Origin: Butyrivibrio sp.
GTDB lineage: Bacteria; Bacillota; Clostridia; Lachnospirales; Lachnospiraceae
Direction: 5' to 3'
DNA length: 64,000 bases
Assembly: GCF_017635265.1 (NCBI RefSeq)
Contig: NZ_JAGBLU010000100.1
Coordinates: 24,045-88,044 of the forward strand
Positions 57,604 to 64,000 of this stretch are shown in pieces. The notes below the pieces were generated by a model. It was not told the DNA's origin. It made no database searches and was given only the letters and a program-made list of their open reading frames with translations. The translations under genes were made by a program, and so were the position numbers. Each line of letters opens with the position of its first letter. Positions within the stretch are counted from its first letter, which is position 1.

Positions 57604-60378
57604 ATGGGTAAAACATGGGATATTGAGAAATTTAAGCTTTCAGCCAGAAAAGCGGCTGCTGAAGGTATTGTAATGCTTGAAAACGAAGGCGGTGCGCTTC
57701 CTCTTAAAAAGAATGAGAAGATAGCAGTATTTGGAAGAGCCCAGATGAATTACTACAAGAGTGGCACGGGATCGGGAGGAATGGTCAATGCCCGCTATGT
57801 TGTGGGTATTTATGAGGCTCTTGATAGTTCAAAGAGGTTCAAATTGAACAAAAATGTAAGAAAGGCCTATGAGGATTTTGTAAAAGAAAATCCTTTCGAT
57901 ATGGGCTTTGGATGGGCTGCTGAACCTTGGTTTCAAAAAGAAATGCCTATTACTGAAGCTTTTGCAAAAAAGGCAGCAGACGAATCAGATAAGGCTGTTT
58001 TTATTATCGGAAGAACAGCAGGAGAGGATCAGGACAACAAGATTACTGAGGGAAGCTACCTTTTGACAAAAGAGGAACTTTCTTCACTTAAAACTGTATG
58101 TAAGGCTTTTAAGCAGACTATAGTTCTTTTGAATACAGGCAATATCATAGATATGAAATGGGTGAAGGAGTGCAAGCCATCATCCGTGCTGTACGTATGG
58201 CAGGGTGGACAGGAAGGCGGAAATGCTGTTCTTGATGTTCTTAGCGGAGATGTCAATCCTTCAGGTAAGCTTTCTGATACAATTGCATTTGACATTAATG
58301 ATTATGCATCCACAAAGAATTTTGGCTCTGACAAAAAGAACTATCAGGAAGAAGATATCTATGTAGGATACAGATATTTTGAGACTTTTGAAAAAGAAAA
58401 GGTTCTTTATCCGTTTGGCTATGGCTTGTCTTATACAAGCTTTGATATTGCTCTTGGAGATTTTATATATGACAAAAAAGACGGAGTAAGCCTTGAAGTT
58501 CTTGTGACCAACGCAGGAGACAAAGCCGGAAAAGAAGTTGTGCAGGTTTATTGTAAGGCTCCTTTGGGAAAACTGGGCAAAGCTTCAAGGGTACTGTGCG
58601 GCTTTGCAAAGACTGATATTCTTGAGCCGGGACAGTGCCAAAAATTGCAGTTTAACGTTCCCGGATATTGGATGGCGTCATATGACGACGGCGGAGTTAC
58701 AGGTCATAAGTCATCATATGTTCTTGAGGAAGGTGTTTATACTATTTATGCCGGCAGCGATGTAAGAAGTGCCAAAGAAGCCGGTGAGTTTAAGCTTGAT
58801 GAGCTTGAAGTTGTCTCAAAATGTGAAGAAGCGTACGCTCCTGTGGATAAGTTCAAGAGACTTACAGCAAAAAGTGGAAAAACAGGCATAGAAAAAATAT
58901 ATGAGGATGTTCCTCTTCGTACCCTTGACCCAAACAAAAAGAGAAATGAAAGACTTCCAAAGGCTCTTAAATATACCGGAGATAAGGGATATAAGCTTGT
59001 AGACGTTGCAAATAAAAAGGTAAGTCTTGAAAAGTTTATTGCTCAGCTTTCAGATCATGATCTTGTGACTATGATGCGTGGTGAGGGAATGTGTTCTCCT
59101 AAAGTAACTGCCGGAATTGCAGGTGCTTACGGTGGAGTAACAGATGCTCTTTCGGATTTTGGAATTCCTGTAGGAGGATGTTCTGATGGACCATCCGGAA
59201 TCCGTATGGACTGCGGAACCCATGCTTTTTCGCTTCCGAACGGAACGTGTCTGGCCTGCACATTTAATGAAGATATTAATGAAGAACTATTTGGATGGGA
59301 AGGTCTGGAACTTAGGAAATTCAGGATTGATGCCCTTTTGGGACCCGGAATGAATATTCACAGAAGCCCGCTTAATGGTAGAAATTTTGAGTATTTCTCT
59401 GAGGATCCTTTCCTTACAGGTAAGCTTGTATCTGCACAGCTTCGCGGACTCCATAAGTACGGAGTTACAGGTGTTATAAAGCATTTTGCCGGAAATACCC
59501 AGGAGACTAACAGACATAACGTCAACAATGTTGTTTCAGAGAGAGCTCTTCGTGAGATTTATTTAAAGGGCTTTGAAATTGCGGTAAGAGAAGGTAATGC
59601 CAGAGCTGTTATGAGTACATATGGCCCTGTTAACGGTATATGGACTTCAAGCAGCTATGATCTTCTTACTACTATCCTCAGAGGAGAGTGGGGATTTGAT
59701 GGTATAGTTATGACCGACTGGTGGGCTATGGGCAATGATGAAGCCAATGCCGAGGGAAGCTACAGCAACGTGGCTGCTCAGGTTCGTGCGCAGAATGATC
59801 TTAACATGGTCAATTCCAATGCAGAAGAGAATTCCAACAAAGATAACCTTGACGATGCTATAGAAAAGGGGCTTGTTACAAGAGATGAGCTTGCAAGGTG
59901 TGCCGAAAATATCTTGAGATTCCTTCTTAAGACACCGGCTTTTGAGCATTTGAACGGCAAAGAGTCACCTCTTGATAAGGAATTAAAGGCTGCCATGGAT
60001 GATGATGATGCGTCTCTTCAGGAGATGATCAAGGTCAAGTTTGATAAGAAAGAGCTTTCACTTGATACGAAGCTTATAAATACAGAAAAAGGTGAAACAA
60101 CTGTATTTTTACTTTCAACACCTACCAAGTGTGAGATGGAAATGGAAATAACTCTTAAGGCTGAAAATCAGCCGGATGTGGCACAGCTCCCACTTTCTAT
60201 CTTTCAGGACAGACAATTGCTTCAGACTATTACACTTACAGGAATGGACAAAAAATTCAAGACATTCCAAGTTAAGCTTGCACCATCATTTCTGGGAAAC
60301 TTCTATCTGAAATTCTATTTTGCTCAGACAGGACTTGTGGTAGATTCAGTAAAAGTTATAAAAACTAAAGAGATGTAA
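57604..60378 (+). CDS. GH3 beta-glucosidase with inverted domain order
   Basis: N-terminal GIVMLEN...NPSGKLSDT...YPFGYGLSY and Fn3 GKEVVQVY come before the TIM-barrel motifs DGPSGIR, GRNFEYFSEDP, KHFAGN, VMTDW. Confidence 0.92.
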   Translation: MGKTWDIEKFKLSARKAAAEGIVMLENEGGALPLKKNEKIAVFGRAQMNYYKSGTGSGGMVNARYVVGIYEALDSSKRFKLNKNVRKAYEDFVKENPFDMGFGWAAEPWFQKEMPITEAFAKKAADESDKAVFIIGRTAGEDQDNKITEGSYLLTKEELSSLKTVCKAFKQTIVLLNTGNIIDMKWVKECKPSSVLYVWQGGQEGGNAVLDVLSGDVNPSGKLSDTIAFDINDYASTKNFGSDKKNYQEEDIYVGYRYFETFEKEKVLYPFGYGLSYTSFDIALGDFIYDKKDGVSLEVLVTNAGDKAGKEVVQVYCKAPLGKLGKASRVLCGFAKTDILEPGQCQKLQFNVPGYWMASYDDGGVTGHKSSYVLEEGVYTIYAGSDVRSAKEAGEFKLDELEVVSKCEEAYAPVDKFKRLTAKSGKTGIEKIYEDVPLRTLDPNKKRNERLPKALKYTGDKGYKLVDVANKKVSLEKFIAQLSDHDLVTMMRGEGMCSPKVTAGIAGAYGGVTDALSDFGIPVGGCSDGPSGIRMDCGTHAFSLPNGTCLACTFNEDINEELFGWEGLELRKFRIDALLGPGMNIHRSPLNGRNFEYFSEDPFLTGKLVSAQLRGLHKYGVTGVIKHFAGNTQETNRHNVNNVVSERALREIYLKGFEIAVREGNARAVMSTYGPVNGIWTSSSYDLLTTILRGEWGFDGIVMTDWWAMGNDEANAEGSYSNVAAQVRAQNDLNMVNSNAEENSNKDNLDDAIEKGLVTRDELARCAENILRFLLKTPAFEHLNGKESPLDKELKAAMDDDDASLQEMIKVKFDKKELSLDTKLINTEKGETTVFLLSTPTKCEMEMEITLKAENQPDVAQLPLSIFQDRQLLQTITLTGMDKKFKTFQVKLAPSFLGNFYLKFYFAQTGLVVDSVKVIKTKEM

Positions 60379-60406
60379 ATAGGAAACTATTTAGAAGCAG
60401 AACAAA

Positions 60407-60456
60407 GAGAGTATTCTGGCGAAGGTATTTTGCTTTCACAAGAATACTCTCTATTT
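60407..60456 (+). terminator. Probable terminator after GH3
   Basis: AGAGAGTATTCT...AGAATACTCTCT-ATTT. Confidence 0.55.
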
Positions 60457-60563
60457 GCATAAAAGCGATGTCTTTTTAGCAAGTATAAGATACGTACTTC
60501 CATATGAAGTTTACGCTTATACATATAGCCGGTAGTACATTTGTTTCTATAATAAATCCCAAA

Positions 60564-60609
60564 ATAACCCCCCAGGGGGCTTAAAATTGACTTTTCTGTA
60601 CTTTATAAT
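60564..60609 (+). promoter_or_regulatory. C6-A-G5 tract (CsoR/RcnR-operator-like) next to a putative promoter
   Basis: ATAACCCCCCAGGGGGCTT, then TTAAAA (60581)-17 bp-TATAAT (60604). Confidence 0.35.
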
Positions 60610-60639
60610 CCAATAGACATCAAAAAATGGAGGATTGTT

Positions 60640-62331
60640 ATGAAAAAGAAAAGTATTTCTTTAGTTTTGGGAGCTTCTCTGGTTCTGTCATTAGCAGGAT
60701 GTGGGCAGGAAGTAGCTACAGACAATAATGTTACTGCCGCAGAGCAGGAGGCAACAACAGACAATAATGCTACTGCTGTGGAGAAGGAAACAGTTTCTGC
60801 TTCAGAAGAGGCAGGAGATGATTCTTCAGAGAGCATCAATGTTTATATAGGCGGATCAATATTTGATTCAAGTATGGATCCGGTTAAGGGCTTTATGAGT
60901 TATGGATATCCATTTGTAAATGAAGCGCTTATTCAGGCAGATACTACTTCAGAATATGTTGCGGATCTGGCAACTGATTGGGAAGTAAGTGAAGATGCAC
61001 TTACTTATACATTTAATCTTCGTGAGGGAGTTACATTCAGTGATGGAACACCGTTCACAGCAGAAGATGTTGTTTTTACCTATGAAGAGGTTCAAAAGAA
61101 CCAGGCCAATAATGAAAATGTTGATCTTACAAAGCTTAAGTCTGTAGAGGCAGATGGCGATTACAAGGTCGTATTTACACTTAATGAGTGCTATTCACCA
61201 TTCCTTGATACAGTAGCAATGCTTCAGATCGTTCCAAGCGATTCATATAACAGCGAGACATTTGATACAGCGCCTATAGGAACAGGTGCATATAAGGTTG
61301 CTCAGTATGATACAAATCAGCAGATCATTCTGCAGATCAATGACAGCTACTGGGGTGGCACACCTGATATTGAGCAGGTAAACATCATTTCAATGGATCA
61401 GGATACAGCTTATTCCAATGCAGTATCAGGTCAGCTTGACGTAGTCATGGTTGGTTCAACATATATCAATGAGACAATTGATAGCATGACTCTTCACAAA
61501 CTTGAGACAATGGACGTTCGTAATGTGAGTCTTCCTACTCTTACAGAGCAGGTTATGAAGGACAGCCAGGGCAATGAATACAATGTAGGTAATAACGTTA
61601 CTAGTGATATTGCAGTTCGTAAGGCTCTTTCAATCGGTATCAATCGTCAGGAAATTATTGATAATGCATTTAACGGCGAAGGAAAGCCTGCTGTTAATTT
61701 CACAGATAATCTTCCTTGGGCTTCAACTGATGACTACGAAGACAATCAGGTTGATGAGGCTAAAAAGATCCTTGAAGATGCTGGATGGATTGATTCTGAT
61801 GGCGATGGAATTCGCGAAAAAGGAGATCTTAAGTGTTCATTTGATCTTATAGCTCCGGGTAACGATGAAGATCGTTATAAGCTTGCAACAGCTCTTGCTG
61901 AGAATGCTAAAAACCTTGGAATTGAGATAAATGTCCGCAATGAGTCATGGGATGTTGCTGTAGTAGAAGAGAATACAACTCCTATTGTCTGGGGCTGGGG
62001 ACAGTTCTCACCAACAGTTATCTATTCAACATATGATTCAGAGATGTTCCTTGAGGCTCAGTATGCCAACGTAACAGGATATACAAACGCAGATTGCGAT
62101 GCAGCAATTGAAAAAGCCTTTGCAGCATCAAACCAGGCAGATGCAAATGCTGCATGGAAGGAAGCTCAGGCAATTGGAGACAGTGAGTACCCATACCTGT
62201 ATCTTGTAAATATCGAGCATTCATACTTTGTAAAAGATAATCTTGATATTTCTGAATCTACACAGATACCACATCCACATGGACATGGAAGCCCAATTAT
62301 CTGCAACCTTAAGGATTGGGTATTAAACTAA
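60640..62331 (+). CDS. Family-5 (Opp/Dpp/Nik) ABC substrate-binding lipoprotein
   Basis: Lipobox LAGC; DLATDWEVSEDALTYTFNLREGVTFSDGTPFTAEDVVFT; PIGTGAYK; C-terminal PHPHGHG. Confidence 0.92.
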   Translation: MKKKSISLVLGASLVLSLAGCGQEVATDNNVTAAEQEATTDNNATAVEKETVSASEEAGDDSSESINVYIGGSIFDSSMDPVKGFMSYGYPFVNEALIQADTTSEYVADLATDWEVSEDALTYTFNLREGVTFSDGTPFTAEDVVFTYEEVQKNQANNENVDLTKLKSVEADGDYKVVFTLNECYSPFLDTVAMLQIVPSDSYNSETFDTAPIGTGAYKVAQYDTNQQIILQINDSYWGGTPDIEQVNIISMDQDTAYSNAVSGQLDVVMVGSTYINETIDSMTLHKLETMDVRNVSLPTLTEQVMKDSQGNEYNVGNNVTSDIAVRKALSIGINRQEIIDNAFNGEGKPAVNFTDNLPWASTDDYEDNQVDEAKKILEDAGWIDSDGDGIREKGDLKCSFDLIAPGNDEDRYKLATALAENAKNLGIEINVRNESWDVAVVEENTTPIVWGWGQFSPTVIYSTYDSEMFLEAQYANVTGYTNADCDAAIEKAFAASNQADANAAWKEAQAIGDSEYPYLYLVNIEHSYFVKDNLDISESTQIPHPHGHGSPIICNLKDWVLN

Positions 62332-62360
62332 AAACAATCAGATAATAATAAATTCATTCG

Positions 62361-62394
62361 GATACCACCCCGTGAATGAGGTGGTATCTTTTTT
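62361..62394 (+). terminator. Hairpin with U-tract after the SBP gene
   Basis: GATACCACC...GGTGGTATC-TTTTTT. Confidence 0.7.
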
Positions 62395-62407
62395 GAGGTA
62401 AGTAGCT

Positions 62408-63385
62408 ATGAGAACCAGAAATATTTTATACGAACTGATTCGTATGCTTCTTTTGCTGATACTTGTGAGCTTTTTGGCTTTTGTGCTGATAGCAAAATCG
62501 CCAATTGACCCACTGGTATCTTATATTGGAACAAATTCAACGTTGTCACCTGAAGCTAAGCAGGAGATTGTGGAGCATTGGGGATTAAATGAGCCTGTTT
62601 TTACGCGCTTTTTTAAGTGGCTTGTTAATATCCTTCATGGAGATATGGGAACATCAATAACATATAAAAAAGCAGTTAGCAGCGTTATTATTGAACGCTT
62701 CTCATATTCGATAGTGCTTATGCTTTTGGCGTGGATATTGTCAGGAATACTGGGATTTGTCATAGGTGTTATCTGCGGAATAAAGCAGGGCGGAATATAT
62801 GATCGGATTACAAAGCTCTTTTGCCTGATGGTTAAATCAGCACCCACATTCTGGCTGGGACTGATGTTCCTTGTTATATTTGCAGTCAGCCTCGGCTGGT
62901 TCCCAATCGGAATGGCTGTTCCTATGGGAAAACTTAAGAGTGAAGTTACTGTTTGGGACAGGCTCTATCATCTGGTGCTTCCGGTGATCACTCTTACTGT
63001 GGCCAATATAAGTGAGGTGGTTCTTTATACAAGACAAAGAGTTGTTGAGATAATCGGAAGTGACTATATCCTGTATGCAAGAGCACGTGGTGAGAACCAG
63101 GGACAGATCATCAGACGTCATGTCCTTAGAAACGTCATGCTTCCTGCTATAACTTTGCAGTTTGCTTCATTTAGCGAGCTCTTTGGCGGAATGGCACTTG
63201 CTGAAAATGTATTTGCTTATCCAGGAATCGGGACAGCAACTACAGCTGCGGCTTTAAGCGGCGATGCACCTCTTCTTATGGGTATTGCTCTTATTAGTGC
63301 GCTCTTTGTTTTTACTGGCAATCTTATTGCCAATATTTTGTATGGAATTTGTGATCCCAGGATCAGGGAAAAGGAGGAGTCATGA
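62408..63385 (+). CDS. Opp/Nik-type ABC permease (OppB/NikB-like)
   Basis: HGDMGTS; SAPTFWLG; DYILYARARGE; ENVFAYPGIG; DPRIR. Confidence 0.92.
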   Translation: MRTRNILYELIRMLLLLILVSFLAFVLIAKSPIDPLVSYIGTNSTLSPEAKQEIVEHWGLNEPVFTRFFKWLVNILHGDMGTSITYKKAVSSVIIERFSYSIVLMLLAWILSGILGFVIGVICGIKQGGIYDRITKLFCLMVKSAPTFWLGLMFLVIFAVSLGWFPIGMAVPMGKLKSEVTVWDRLYHLVLPVITLTVANISEVVLYTRQRVVEIIGSDYILYARARGENQGQIIRRHVLRNVMLPAITLQFASFSELFGGMALAENVFAYPGIGTATTAAALSGDAPLLMGIALISALFVFTGNLIANILYGICDPRIREKEES

Positions 63386-64000
63386 GAAATACATCATTGT
63401 GGAACAGACGAACACGACTTACTCTCCTTATTGTTTTAGCAGCTACTTATCTTTTGGCGGTGTTTTTCTGGGGACTTTTTATTGATCCAAGCGAGTATGG
63501 TGTTCACTACGAAAATAAACTCCTTGCCCCCAGTGGTCAGCATCTTTTTGGCACGGATGCAATGGGAAGGGATATGTTCAAACGCTGCATCAAGGGACTC
63601 TCAAACAGTCTTGTGATAGGTCTTTTGGCTTCTCTTGTAAGCTCTGTGGTTGCACTTATCATGGGAATTGCATCTGCGGTATTTGGCGGATTTGTGGACC
63701 GATTTGTGAATTTATGCGTTGATCTTTGCATGGGACTTCCGCATCTTGTTTTGCTGATACTTATTTCATGTATGGCAGGAAGAGGAACAGTTGGCGTTAC
63801 TGTGGCGGTTGCCCTTACACACTGGCCTTCACTTACCCGAATCGTGAGGCAGGAGGTTTTGCAGCTTCGAAATACGCAGTACGTACTGGCTAGCAGAAAA
63901 ATGGGAAAAAGCTATTTGACTATTGCCCTTACACATATGGTTCCCCATGTGCTTCCGGCTTATCTTATAGGACTTATCCTTTTGTTCCCACATGCTATCA
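63382..64000 (+). CDS. Opp/Nik-type ABC permease (OppC/NikC-like), truncated by the window edge
   Basis: AGGAGG RBS; ATG overlaps the upstream stop; translation gives APSGQHLFGTDAMGRDMF and YVLASRKMGKS. Confidence 0.88.
   Translation, partial: MRNTSLWNRRTRLTLLIVLAATYLLAVFFWGLFIDPSEYGVHYENKLLAPSGQHLFGTDAMGRDMFKRCIKGLSNSLVIGLLASLVSSVVALIMGIASAVFGGFVDRFVNLCVDLCMGLPHLVLLILISCMAGRGTVGVTVAVALTHWPSLTRIVRQEVLQLRNTQYVLASRKMGKSYLTIALTHMVPHVLPAYLIGLILLFPHAI

Noticed and set aside
57604-60378. Inverted GH3 domain order as a novelty
   Set aside because: This arrangement is already known from rumen bacterial beta-glucosidases (Butyrivibrio fibrisolvens, Ruminococcus albus).
60706-60790. 39-bp duplication in the SBP N-terminus (QEVATDNNVTAAE / QEATTDNNATAVE)
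   Set aside because: Ordinary low-complexity lipoprotein linker, like the Ala/Pro/Thr/Glu linkers of the other SBPs.

Overview
A 64-kb chromosomal window from a low-GC (~40%) Firmicute. Gene content and style suggest a rumen-type Lachnospiraceae such as Butyrivibrio (inference). In order it holds: three paralogous hybrid histidine kinases (HK-REC-Hpt) with one response regulator; a TetR/PfkB pair; malQ with a LacI regulator; a carbohydrate locus of about 17 kb that looks pectin/rhamnogalacturonan-directed (esterase, GH31, two YesOPQ-like ABC systems, CHEV-type GH4, GH43, AraC, a GH63/MGH1-like enzyme, GH28); an M13 peptidase; dapL/dapF/hisC; thrS; trkAH; thyA-folA; a GH3; and the start of an Opp/Nik-type ABC operon. 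I saw no rRNA, tRNA, transposase, integrase or cas genes. The strongest candidate for an undescribed system is an AT-rich island at about 39.48-41.30 kb. It carries a lone 271-aa PD-(D/E)XK/Vsr-like nuclease gene, an upstream 51-bp-period array of alternating inverted motifs (GGGTAAA-N18-TTTACCC-N19, 8 units, variable interiors in the outer units), a second 27-bp tandem array, and a 36-bp duplication on the gene's other side. Other signals: a tRNA-Thr-anticodon-like hairpin just upstream of the thrS RBS with no visible T-box; several long intergenic palindromic elements that start at or near stop codons; a kinase fused to an ECF S-component-like module; and a PfkB-family protein that lacks the catalytic Asp. 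All calls come from reading the sequence by eye; no database searches were run.
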